From positions 339,408 to 403,407 of the forward strand of contig JAJTCH010000001.1 of NCBI GenBank assembly GCA_021323225.1: a stretch of 64,000 bases of DNA, read 5' to 3'. Of this stretch, positions 1 through 9,320 are shown one piece after another (the stretch's first letter is position 1; each line of letters begins with the position of its first letter). The DNA comes from Rickettsiaceae bacterium. GTDB lineage: Bacteria; Pseudomonadota; Alphaproteobacteria; Rickettsiales; UBA1997. A model generated the notes under the pieces. The model saw only the letters and a program-made list of their open reading frames with translations, ran no database searches and was not told the origin of the DNA. Both the position numbers and the translations under genes were made by a program.

Positions 1-1046
1 ATGACAGTTAAAATCACAGCCAAAGTGATAGTGTGGTAAATATCATCAATATTCATTTCTATATAACGGCTGGCATCTTTAAATGATTCAATATGCGGCT
101 TGCCATCCATTTTGGTAAAAGCATCTTCCATTTTGGAAATTTGCTTTTTTACATCCCTAGAAACGGCAATAATATTTGAATCTGACTGGCGGTAAATATT
201 CAAAAACAGGGCCTTTTTACCATTAACAAAGGCTTTGGTTGTTTCATCTTCTAGTGTGTCTTCTACTGATCCCAAATTGATAATTTTGGTAGGAATTTCG
301 TTGGAATAAAAATTGACCAAAATATTTTTGATTTTATCAACATCGCTAAATTCACTATCGCTGCTAAAAATTATTTCTTTATCTGTGAAGTCATTTTTTC
401 CAATCGGAACATTCTGGCCGGAAGCTTGAATTTGCTGCCTTATTTGACCATAGGTTATTTCGCGGTTCTTCAAAATATTTTGATCAAGCAGAACCTGAAT
501 TTCTCTTTTTCTACTGCCCAAGATTTCAACCAGACCAACGCCACTAACTTGTTCTAGCCTTGGTTTTATATAGTTATCAGCCAGGTCAAATAATTTTCCT
601 TCCGGTAAATCAGCATCAATTGAAATAGTCATTATCGGCTGGTCGGAAGGGTCAATTCTTCTGATGATTGGCTCGATTATATCTTCCGGCAATCTTGGTT
701 TGGCTTGGTTTATTTTATCACGCACCTGCTGCTCAGCATATTTCATATCAGTGCCCTGATAAAAATTGATGATCACCTGGCTGGTGTCTTGCAGGCTTCT
801 TGAAGTTAGTTTTTTGATGCCAGCAATTGTACTGATTTCATCTTCCAGAGGCTTAGTAACGGCAGTTTCAATTTGCCTTGGGCCCGCACCGGAATAGGTA
901 GTGGAAACAAAAACTGTCGGAATGTCGATATCAGGAAATAAATCAACACTCATTTTGTTGAATGAAATCACGCCAACAGTAATGATCAATGTCATGATGC
1001 TGGTGATGAAGGCTGGGTGTTTTATGGAAAAACTCGGAAGATTCAT
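1..1046 (-). CDS. RND efflux transporter permease (AcrB/CzcA superfamily), 5' part only; gene runs off the left edge
   Basis: Absent from the ORF track because it is truncated. My reverse-complement translation from the ATG at 1046 reads MNLPSFSIKHPAFITSIMTLIITVGVISFNKMSVDLFPDIDIPTVFVSTTYSGAGPRQIETAVTKPLEDEIS..., a canonical RND N-terminus (TM1 followed by the periplasmic porter loop). It starts 20 nt downstream of the TolC-like gene on the same strand. Confidence 0.8.
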   Translation of the reverse strand, partial: MNLPSFSIKHPAFITSIMTLIITVGVISFNKMSVDLFPDIDIPTVFVSTTYSGAGPRQIETAVTKPLEDEISTIAGIKKLTSRSLQDTSQVIINFYQGTDMKYAEQQVRDKINQAKPRLPEDIIEPIIRRIDPSDQPIMTISIDADLPEGKLFDLADNYIKPRLEQVSGVGLVEILGSRKREIQVLLDQNILKNREITYGQIRQQIQASGQNVPIGKNDFTDKEIIFSSDSEFSDVDKIKNILVNFYSNEIPTKIINLGSVEDTLEDETTKAFVNGKKALFLNIYRQSDSNIIAVSRDVKKQISKMEDAFTKMDGKPHIESFKDASRYIEMNIDDIYHTITLAVILTV

Positions 1047-1066
1047 TTTTAAAACCCGGGAGTTGA

Positions 1067-2467
1067 TTATTGGTATAATTTTTTATCAGCAATTAAGCTA
1101 AGAAGTTGGTAGGCGTCATTAATAGTATTCAGCCTCGCCTGGTTATAATCTTGTTCAAAGAGCAGGATTTGATAAGTTGAGGTTCGGCCTTGCTTTAAAA
1201 GAGACCTTTCATTTTCTAATTTTGATTTTTGCAGTTTTTCTATTCTTCGACTTAGCTCAAGATTTTCCTTATAATCCTGGAGATTTTGGAGCAGATTTTG
1301 CCAATCATTATTTTGGTCTAAAACTTTTTGCACATAATTTTTTCTAGCCGCAGAAGCGGAAACTCTTGCTCCTTTTCTAATATCAGATTGCAAACCAATT
1401 GCCAAAGGCATGGAAAATCTGACACCAACATAAGCTTCGTCACCATTTTGCTCAAGCGAGTTTGATATAGCCTGAGAGCGGTTGCGCTCCAAACCGTTAA
1501 AAGCATAATGACCGGAAACATCCAGTTTTGGTTTGTTGCTTTCTTCCTCAATTTTTGCGGCAGCGACTGCTGACTGTGTCAAAGCAGCAGCAGCTTTCAC
1601 ATCTGCCCTATTATTTTGCATAGAGCTTTCTAGAGGTAATTTTTCTAGCGCATTAAAATCAATTTTATCCAGTTTTTGATCCAACTCATCTGATGCTAAA
1701 CCACGCTTCTGGTTAAAATTTCTCACCGCAATTCTAGCATTATTTTCAGCCTGTTTAAGTTTCAATTTCTTACTTTCCACATCTGCCATTGCTTGCAAGA
1801 CATCAGCTTTTTCACCCAAATTCATCTGCGATTTTTTCTTGGAAGTTTGCAGAATTTTTTCTGATTGCTGCAAGGTTTCTTTGGAGATATCAACAATTTC
1901 CTTAGCGGCAACAACTTGCCAATAAAGTTTTTCTGCTTCAACCAAAAGCTCAATTGAGACAGCTTGAGAATTAAATTTATCAGCTTGATTTTGGTAATAG
2001 ATTAAATCTTTATTTGCCTTGATTTTACCACCCAAAGCGCCCTGCCAAAGCGGAATGGTGAGATCCAACATTGGATTGGTTTCATAATTGACCGGAGAAA
2101 AAGCGGATGAAGTCAGGCCCTGATATTCAGTACGGTTGAAGTTGTAATAGAGTCTAGTATCCACCCCAAAAGGAAAGCTTTGCTCGATACCGGCAGAATA
2201 ATTTTTAGTTTTGACCTCTTTATATCTTACAAATGCAACGGCTTGATTTTGTTCTTGAAAACCTTCTCTTAGGTCAACAAATAAATTTGGAGAGGTTAGC
2301 AAAAAGGCTTTTTTGCTGATTAATTCAGAAGAAATGATGGATTGATTGGACGAGATATATCCGGCATTTTGTTCTCTAACTTCAGATAAATATTCATCTA
2401 GGGAAATAGCAAAACAGTTATGAGAAAAAATTACCAGGCCGGCAAATACAAAAAAGCGCCTGATCAT
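1067..2467 (-). CDS. TolC-family outer membrane efflux protein
   Basis: 466 aa with signal peptide [20 protein letters not shown]. The long repeated coiled-coil/beta architecture is typical of OEP/TolC proteins. It is adjacent to the RND pump, and its start overlaps the aroC stop (ATGA). Confidence 0.8.
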   Translation of the reverse strand: MIRRFFVFAGLVIFSHNCFAISLDEYLSEVREQNAGYISSNQSIISSELISKKAFLLTSPNLFVDLREGFQEQNQAVAFVRYKEVKTKNYSAGIEQSFPFGVDTRLYYNFNRTEYQGLTSSAFSPVNYETNPMLDLTIPLWQGALGGKIKANKDLIYYQNQADKFNSQAVSIELLVEAEKLYWQVVAAKEIVDISKETLQQSEKILQTSKKKSQMNLGEKADVLQAMADVESKKLKLKQAENNARIAVRNFNQKRGLASDELDQKLDKIDFNALEKLPLESSMQNNRADVKAAAALTQSAVAAAKIEEESNKPKLDVSGHYAFNGLERNRSQAISNSLEQNGDEAYVGVRFSMPLAIGLQSDIRKGARVSASAARKNYVQKVLDQNNDWQNLLQNLQDYKENLELSRRIEKLQKSKLENERSLLKQGRTSTYQILLFEQDYNQARLNTINDAYQLLSLIADKKLYQ

Positions 2468-3534
2468 TTTTTATAAGCTCTGTTGATTAATAAAAAATCA
2501 AGCAACACGCAGGCTAACATTGCTTCACCAACTGGTACGGCACGAATGCCTACGCATGGATCATGTCGGCCTTTGGTGATAATCTCAGTATTATTGCCGT
2601 TAATGTCGATTGTTTTTCTTGGTTTTAAAATTGAGCTGGTTGGCTTAACGGCGAAGCTGGCAATGATATCTTGTCCAGAAGAAATCCCCCCCAAAATTCC
2701 ACCGGCATTATTGGAAGAAAATTTTAGCTGGCCATTTTCCATCCACATTTCATCAGCATTTTCTTCTCCTCTCAAATTTGCCGCGTCAAATCCATTGCCG
2801 ATTTCAACTGCTTTAACAGCATTGATACTCATTAAAGCTGAAGCGATTCTAGCATCTAATTTATTGTAAATTGGTTCGCCCAAACCTGCTAGAACATTCT
2901 TGGCAACTAGTTCAATTACAGCTCCAACCGAACTTCCATCTTTTCTGATTGAAAGTAGATAATTTTCCCAATCCTTAATGCAAGCAGCATCAGGGCAGAA
3001 AAAATCATTATTATTGATTTCGCTATAATTGATATTGCCAGGGTTAATTTTTTTATCACCGAGCTGTTTTAAATAACCGGTAATCTTAATATTTTCTTTC
3101 TCCAAAACTTTCATAGCAACAGCACCTGCAGCAACTCTCATAGCAGTCTCGCGCGCTGAAGATCTGCCACCACCACGATAATCACGAATACCGTATTTTT
3201 TGAAATAAGTGTAATCGGCGTGAGAAGGGCGGAATTTATCTTTTATATCGCCATAATCTTGGCTTCTTTGGTCTTGGTTGTAAATGATCAGTGAGATAGG
3301 AGTGCCGGTTGTTTTTCCCTCAAACACGCCAGAAAGAATTTTAACCTGGTCGGTTTCTTGTCTTTGAGTGGTAAATTTTGATTGGCCTGGCCTTCTTCTG
3401 TCTAGATGTTTTTGAATGTCATCTTCGCATAAATCAATCATTGAAGGACAGCCATCAATAACACATCCAATTGCTTCGCCATGACTTTCTCCCCAAGTAG
3501 TAAAGGAGAATAATTCGCCAAATTTGTTACTCAT
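2464..3534 (-). CDS. aroC: chorismate synthase
   Basis: 356 aa. The N-terminus [26 protein letters not shown] and the motifs [13 protein letters not shown] and [18 protein letters not shown] are hallmark AroC sequences. Confidence 0.97.
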   Translation of the reverse strand: MSNKFGELFSFTTWGESHGEAIGCVIDGCPSMIDLCEDDIQKHLDRRRPGQSKFTTQRQETDQVKILSGVFEGKTTGTPISLIIYNQDQRSQDYGDIKDKFRPSHADYTYFKKYGIRDYRGGGRSSARETAMRVAAGAVAMKVLEKENIKITGYLKQLGDKKINPGNINYSEINNNDFFCPDAACIKDWENYLLSIRKDGSSVGAVIELVAKNVLAGLGEPIYNKLDARIASALMSINAVKAVEIGNGFDAANLRGEENADEMWMENGQLKFSSNNAGGILGGISSGQDIIASFAVKPTSSILKPRKTIDINGNNTEIITKGRHDPCVGIRAVPVGEAMLACVLLDFLLINRAYKK

Positions 3535-3946
3535 TTTTTTCGATAATGGTTAAAACCGGATTGTTGCTGAAATGTAAATTATTGCCGTTATTGGTAATTA
3601 AAAGATTACCGGCAGATATTTTTCCTTCCTTCCCGGAAGCTTGAACATCAAATAGCTCGACATCATTTTTCCCTTTCTGAACTGCCTTTTTGGCCTCAAT
3701 ATCAAAGATGCTGCCATTGTTATGTTCAAATTTAATTTTCGGGTTAAACATAGTTTTTTCGGTATCTTTCAACTGATTTTTCCTACCAGTAAATTTCACT
3801 ATATTGTCAGTCTTATCAAGACCGTAGAATAAAAAAGACAAAATTCCAAAGAGTAATATGAAGATGCAAAAGATAGTTAATAATCTTCTAAATCTATTTT
3901 GCTTTTTAATGATTTCGGCAATGTTGTAATCTTTAATTTTAAGCAT
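3527..3946 (-). CDS. small membrane-anchored protein, possibly LptC-like (function uncertain)
   Basis: The track ORF 3527..4081 overlaps the fadE 3' end. I place the start at the internal ATG at 3946 ([15 protein letters not shown]...), giving an ATGCTTAA overlap with the fadE stop. The product has one N-terminal TM segment ([20 protein letters not shown]) followed by a beta-rich soluble part, which resembles LptC/OstA-like proteins. That resemblance is weak. Confidence 0.4.
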   Translation of the reverse strand: MLKIKDYNIAEIIKKQNRFRRLLTIFCIFILLFGILSFLFYGLDKTDNIVKFTGRKNQLKDTEKTMFNPKIKFEHNNGSIFDIEAKKAVQKGKNDVELFDVQASGKEGKISAGNLLITNNGNNLHFSNNPVLTIIEKNE

Positions 3947-6362
3947 GTTTATAATCTTCCAAACTATATTCATCAACTTGCACAGCATCATATATTGCCG
4001 CCCTGGATTGTTGAACAGCCAAAACATCTTTATGGCTGATAATGTTTTTAACAACAGCAATTTCAAGAAGTTGGTCACCAATTTCCATCTGAGGTAAAAT
4101 ATTATCCTTTAGCGCTTTCTTGATTTTTGTTAAAACCATTTCAGATTTTTCAAACAAAATAAGGGCATTTTCTAGCTTTGCCAGAGATTGGTCTTCGGCT
4201 TTCGGAATATATATTCCTTTTGTCAGGTTGTTGCGAAACTCACCGGATTTTAAAGCGTTTTTAACTAAAGCATTTTCCAAACCATCTTTTGACGGGGCAA
4301 CAAAACTGTTAATTTTGGAATAAAAGGCAATTGGAGCGACAAGAAGTTTTGACCAAGAGCTGTCAAAGAGATTTTGCCATAAACCTTCAAAAGCATTTTG
4401 CATTTTAGTGAATAAATCTTTCATTATAAATTCTACCAAGACCTCCTCTTCTTGTTTCCTTCCATCAAAATCAAACTTTTTTAAAGCACAAACCGCCATA
4501 TACATCATTGATAAAATATCGCCGAAGCGGCCATTAATTTTTTCTTTTCTCTTCAAATCACCACCGAATTTGATGATGGCAATATCAGCTAAAACCGCAA
4601 AATTAATTGAGGCCCAAGCCAATTTCTTTTCATATGAACCGACCAAGCCTTTGGTGCTACTTTTATGTATGTAACCTCTGCTTACACTTAAAAATAAAGC
4701 CCTAACGATATTACCCAAAAAGTGGGTGATGTGGCCGAAAAAAGCTTTATCAAATTCTATCAAATTATTATTTTCCAAAGCCTCTATTTCCTTATAAACA
4801 AAAGGATGACACATAACTGCACCTTGCCCAAAATGAATTAAACTTCGGGTCATAATATTGGCACCTTCGACGGTAATGGAAATCGGCACTGAAAAATAGG
4901 CGTTGGCAAGCAAATTTCTTTTTCCCCTGATAATGCCGCTGCCACCCATTATATCCATGCCGTCAGATACAATTTCTCTAAACATTTCTGTGGCGTGATA
5001 TTTGGCAATAGCAGTAACAACTGCCGGTTTAGCACCGGAATCAACAGCGCCCGCAGTGAAAGAGCGCATTGCTTCCAATGTGTAAGTTTTGCTAATGATT
5101 CTTGCCAAAACTTTTTCTACACCTTCAAATTTTCCGATCGAAATGCCAAATTGCTGACGAATATTGGAATAAGCAGTTGTAACTCTTGTTACCAATTTTG
5201 CGCCACCGGTACTAGTTGAAGGAAGGGAAATTCCTCTACCAGCCGCCAAACATTCCATCAACATTTTCCAGCCCTTACCAACTCCATTTCTACCGCCGAT
5301 TACAGCATCAAGACCAACCACAACATCTTCACCATTAAGTGGTGAATTAACAAATGGCGTACCAAGCGGGTCATGTCTTCTACCCTGTCTAACGCCTTTA
5401 GTTGAGTTTGGAATCAAAGCACAAGTAATTCCAATATCCATGCCCTGCCCTAAAAGATTTTCCGGGTCACGAAGTACAAAGGCCAGACCAATAACTGTTG
5501 CCACTGCGCCAAGAGTTATATAGCGCTTGTTCCAGTTAAGTCTGATTTTTATTTCGCCATTTTCATCTTTGAAAACTACACCACTAGAAGTAATGGAAGT
5601 TGCATCGCTTCCAGCCATTGGCTCGGTTAAAGCAAAACAAGGAACTTCCTGTCCTATAGCAAGTCTTGGAAGATAATAATCTTGTTGCTCTTTAGTGCCG
5701 TAATGAAGAAGCAATTCAGCAGGTCCTAATGAATTTGGCACCATCGCAGTAATCGCAAGCGGCACTGATCTGGAAGACAATTTTTGAATTACACAGCTAT
5801 GGGCAAAAGCAGAAAAACCTAATCCACCATATTTTTTTGGAATGATCATCCCAAAAAATTTCTTCTCTTTTAAATATTGCCAAACTTCAGGTGAGAGATC
5901 TTTATTTTTATAAACCTCATGATCAAGGCACATGGAGCAAAGTTGCTCAACTTCATTATCTAAAAACAGTTTTTCTTCGCTGCTTAATTTTGGATAAGTT
6001 TGAGAAAAAATTGTTTTAAAATTTGGTTTACCGGAAAAAAGTTCACCATCAACCCAAACAGTACCTGATTTAAGGACGGTTTTTTCAGTGTCAGAAATTT
6101 TTGGCAATAATTTTAAATGCTTAATCAAAGCAATGATTTGTCTGGTAAGGAGATTTCTTCTGATGACCGGAAAAAAGAACAGCAGAACAAAAATTAAGTA
6201 AAATGAAGGAATCAACAGCGAAGAACTGGCAAATTGTAAAACAAAAACCAGCCCCAGTAAAGCCCAGCAAATGGTTGAAAATGAATTATAGGCCAAAAAT
6301 AAAGCGGCCAAAAATATAATGTGGTTTAAGTAAGGAAGATTTTCAAAGAATGATAGAGACAT
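3939..6362 (-). CDS. fadE: acyl-CoA dehydrogenase, long FadE type with N-terminal membrane region
   Basis: 807 aa. Hydrophobic N-terminus, then TEKTVLKSGTVWVDGELFSGKPNF, GGLGFSAFAHSCVIQKLSSRS, PNSLGPAELLLHYGTKEQQDYYLPRLAIGQEVPCFALTEPMAGSDA. It appears colinear with E. coli FadE, compared from memory. Confidence 0.9.
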   Translation of the reverse strand: MSLSFFENLPYLNHIIFLAALFLAYNSFSTICWALLGLVFVLQFASSSLLIPSFYLIFVLLFFFPVIRRNLLTRQIIALIKHLKLLPKISDTEKTVLKSGTVWVDGELFSGKPNFKTIFSQTYPKLSSEEKLFLDNEVEQLCSMCLDHEVYKNKDLSPEVWQYLKEKKFFGMIIPKKYGGLGFSAFAHSCVIQKLSSRSVPLAITAMVPNSLGPAELLLHYGTKEQQDYYLPRLAIGQEVPCFALTEPMAGSDATSITSSGVVFKDENGEIKIRLNWNKRYITLGAVATVIGLAFVLRDPENLLGQGMDIGITCALIPNSTKGVRQGRRHDPLGTPFVNSPLNGEDVVVGLDAVIGGRNGVGKGWKMLMECLAAGRGISLPSTSTGGAKLVTRVTTAYSNIRQQFGISIGKFEGVEKVLARIISKTYTLEAMRSFTAGAVDSGAKPAVVTAIAKYHATEMFREIVSDGMDIMGGSGIIRGKRNLLANAYFSVPISITVEGANIMTRSLIHFGQGAVMCHPFVYKEIEALENNNLIEFDKAFFGHITHFLGNIVRALFLSVSRGYIHKSSTKGLVGSYEKKLAWASINFAVLADIAIIKFGGDLKRKEKINGRFGDILSMMYMAVCALKKFDFDGRKQEEEVLVEFIMKDLFTKMQNAFEGLWQNLFDSSWSKLLVAPIAFYSKINSFVAPSKDGLENALVKNALKSGEFRNNLTKGIYIPKAEDQSLAKLENALILFEKSEMVLTKIKKALKDNILPQMEIGDQLLEIAVVKNIISHKDVLAVQQSRAAIYDAVQVDEYSLEDYKHA

Positions 6363-6372
6363 ATTTTAAGCG

Positions 6373-7476
6373 TTAAAAGTTATGGACATATGACAGGATT
6401 CCGCCAATTAGGGAAGCTTTGTTTCCACCTTCTTTGACTTGGCCTCTACTAACATCAAGCGCGATATTATTGCCAAATTTATAGCCAATAGTGACCATAG
6501 TTTGGCGGTCATTTTGTTTGGGATAAATACGACTTTTAATATCTCTTGAAACATTTGATACACTCGCTGTCCAGCTGCTATATTTCCAGATTAAAGCAAG
6601 AGTTGCGTAAGTGGCATTACGACCTTCTTCACCACTGAAATTCTTTAACGATACAACTTCAACAAAAGGAATTAATGAAGCTTTTAGAGTAATTGGAAAC
6701 AAATATTCTAAGCCTCCGACAAATCCTTTTTCGTTATCTCTGCCTGGCATATTATCAACATTCAAATTGCGATAGCCGACATTATAGAATAAATCTTTAA
6801 CCCCCAAAAGATCCTGGCCTTCCACGGCAATTGTGTAGGAAGATGGCGTTGAGGTGTTACCAGCAATGCCGTCCGATCTTTTTTCCCGTCCTCTCTTTTT
6901 AATTGCGCTGTTATTTAATCCGGTTGTGTCATTAAAAAAGGCATCAAGAGTTATTTCGGTATGTTCTAAAATTGCCGTTCCACCAAAACCGATTTTTTCA
7001 ATCAATTCATAATCTCTGGTATAATCGGTAATAAAAGCGCTAATTCTTTTTTCTTTTCTAAAAGCAGAACCAAAAACCGGATTAAATTTACCGAAGAAGA
7101 ATCTGGCATCTTCATTTTCAAATTGGCCTTTTAATTGCTCAACAGTCAGACCTTCATCGCTGATAGAAACATCACGGTCATAGGACAAAATATTGCGGTA
7201 TCTTTCCGGATTATTTGGGTCTCTATTCAACACCGGCTTGAATCTCCAATTGGTAATCACCGACCACTTTTTGCTCAAATTTAGCGCAAATTCGGTATCG
7301 ATATTTATATTACCGTGATTGGTATCAATATTTTTATCATCGGAAGAAGTGATCCGGTCAGCCTTTAATTCAAATAAAGCAGTGCCGGAAATATTAGGAT
7401 ATATTTCATCTTCAGCAAAGGCTTCGAAGGAGATAAATAAAGGCAGGATAAGGGCGAAGAATAATTTTTTATTCAT
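6373..7476 (-). CDS. predicted outer-membrane beta-barrel protein (porin-like), function unknown
   Basis: 367 aa with signal peptide MNKKLFFALILPLFISFEAFA. It shows an alternating amphipathic beta pattern, abundant G/Y/N/D loops and a C-terminal aromatic residue (...SYVHNF), typical of OMP barrels. Confidence 0.55.
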   Translation of the reverse strand: MNKKLFFALILPLFISFEAFAEDEIYPNISGTALFELKADRITSSDDKNIDTNHGNINIDTEFALNLSKKWSVITNWRFKPVLNRDPNNPERYRNILSYDRDVSISDEGLTVEQLKGQFENEDARFFFGKFNPVFGSAFRKEKRISAFITDYTRDYELIEKIGFGGTAILEHTEITLDAFFNDTTGLNNSAIKKRGREKRSDGIAGNTSTPSSYTIAVEGQDLLGVKDLFYNVGYRNLNVDNMPGRDNEKGFVGGLEYLFPITLKASLIPFVEVVSLKNFSGEEGRNATYATLALIWKYSSWTASVSNVSRDIKSRIYPKQNDRQTMVTIGYKFGNNIALDVSRGQVKEGGNKASLIGGILSYVHNF

Positions 7477-7520
7477 AATTAATTAAATCAAAATAATTAA
7501 TATTCTTAAAACTAAAAACT

Positions 7521-9320
7521 CTATTTAGGCAAATGAACTGTAACCGTTGTTCCAACATTTAACTCACTTTCCATTAATAGCGTCCCATTATGTAATTCAA
7601 TAAAATGCTTGGTTAAATAAAGCCCGATGCCAGTTCCTGCAACCGATACAGTATTTTTTGCGCGGAAGAATTTATTGCCGATTTTCTCTAAATCATTTTT
7701 TGGTATACCAATTCCACTGTCAGCTACTTTAATTACGATATTATCACCCTCTTCTTCACCGGAAATTTTTACTGAAGAATTGGGCTTAGAATATTTTATG
7801 GCATTAGAAATGATGTTAGAAAAAGAGTGATCAAGCAGCTTTTGATCCCCACTATATTGCTCCGGAAGATTATCTATATTAACTTCGATTTTAACATGCC
7901 TGTCTTGAGCCAAGTTAAGGATTTTCTCAACTATGTCGGTGATTAAATGTTTAATATCAAAATCCTGTTTATTAACTTTGATTTCACCTTCTTCAATCTC
8001 AATTCTAGATAGATCCAAGTTGCTCTGGATAAGATTGCTCATTCTTGATACGGCATTTTGGATACGGCCTAATAGCTTGTTAAGGCCTTCATCAGAAATG
8101 TTGATTGCTTTCATTTTTCTTGATATCAGCTCTCTGGCTCCGTCAATTATTTGCAGTGGAGTTTTGAATTCATGCGATACCAAAGTAACAAACTCACTTT
8201 GCAACTCTCTAATTCTCTTTTCTTGCTTAAGAGATTTTGCCAGCTGCCTACCTTTTTCGAACAGCTCTTGGTTGGAGATCAATAATTTGTGGGTATAGTT
8301 GAATCTGTCTATCGCCACTGACATTTGATTGGCAATAATATTTATCAATTCACTTTCTTCTAAAAACCAATTTCTTTTTGATGATTGCTGAACATAAAAA
8401 CTACCAATGACCATATTACCAAAAGTCATCACAATTACTATCTGAGAACTAATTCCAAATCTTAAGCAAATATCTTCTATCGCGTCATATTTCTCGATAT
8501 CTTTTATATCTTCAAAAACCATTACCGGAGCATTTTTATTGATGCTGGTGGCATCCAAAAATATTTGGTTATGAAAATCTATGTAGCGCCTGATGGGAGA
8601 ATCCAGATCCAAAACATCGCCGGAATCAGAAATTTTTGCTACTCCTTCCATATTATGTTCAACCAAAAAACCACTTTCCGGAGCAGCGCTATATATAATG
8701 CATCTATCCACTTTCAAATACTCACAAATCATTTTTGCGACTGACTGAGAGACTTCCTTTAAATCTGATCCTGTGGATATAGAATCTGTTACGTTTCTTA
8801 GTAATTTTTCATTTCTTACTGCCCTTTCCAAATGCTGTATGACATGACTGGAAATTGGGTTAGTTTCTTCTTTGAAATTTTTGGCTGATAAAACTTTTAC
8901 AAAGGTAAAAATGCAGTAAGTTTTTTCAGTATTATACCTGACCGGAACGGTATTAACCACATATTGGTCAATACTACCTTGTATATTATTAGGAATGGAA
9001 ATTGTTACTTGGGATGGCAGAAGATTCTGCACCAATCTGATAAGGTTGATATATTCAAAATAACCACCCATCTCATAGCTAATGCCACTTTTTTGCAGGA
9101 AAAAGTCAAAATTGCTTCCAATAGCCTCAACTGAAGATACGGAAAAACAAGTAAGAAACTTTTCATTGCAATCAATGATGGTTAAAAGATTGGAATTTTC
9201 TGGATCTGATTGGCATAAAAAGCAAGGATCAGCACTCTCGCTAACCGATCTTTTTAGCAAGAAGCATTTGTCGTCTTCAGTTAAAAACGATTTGGCTTTT
9301 TCCAAATTCTCATTTTTCAT
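7521..9320 (-). CDS. cytoplasmic sensor histidine kinase (PAS-like/GAF - HisKA - HATPase_c)
   Basis: 599 aa. H-box SHEFKTPLQII, N-box NIISNAIKYS, G-boxes DSGIGIP and GTGIGLYL. A GAF-like middle region is present and no TM segments. Its start overlaps the topA stop (ATGA at 9317-9320). Confidence 0.85.
   Translation of the reverse strand: MKNENLEKAKSFLTEDDKCFLLKRSVSESADPCFLCQSDPENSNLLTIIDCNEKFLTCFSVSSVEAIGSNFDFFLQKSGISYEMGGYFEYINLIRLVQNLLPSQVTISIPNNIQGSIDQYVVNTVPVRYNTEKTYCIFTFVKVLSAKNFKEETNPISSHVIQHLERAVRNEKLLRNVTDSISTGSDLKEVSQSVAKMICEYLKVDRCIIYSAAPESGFLVEHNMEGVAKISDSGDVLDLDSPIRRYIDFHNQIFLDATSINKNAPVMVFEDIKDIEKYDAIEDICLRFGISSQIVIVMTFGNMVIGSFYVQQSSKRNWFLEESELINIIANQMSVAIDRFNYTHKLLISNQELFEKGRQLAKSLKQEKRIRELQSEFVTLVSHEFKTPLQIIDGARELISRKMKAINISDEGLNKLLGRIQNAVSRMSNLIQSNLDLSRIEIEEGEIKVNKQDFDIKHLITDIVEKILNLAQDRHVKIEVNIDNLPEQYSGDQKLLDHSFSNIISNAIKYSKPNSSVKISGEEEGDNIVIKVADSGIGIPKNDLEKIGNKFFRAKNTVSVAGTGIGLYLTKHFIELHNGTLLMESELNVGTTVTVHLPK

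Noticed and set aside
3947-4081. Upstream 45 codons of ORF 3527..4081
   Set aside because: They overlap the fadE C-terminal coding region in another frame. The internal ATG at 3946 gives the common ATGCTTAA junction.
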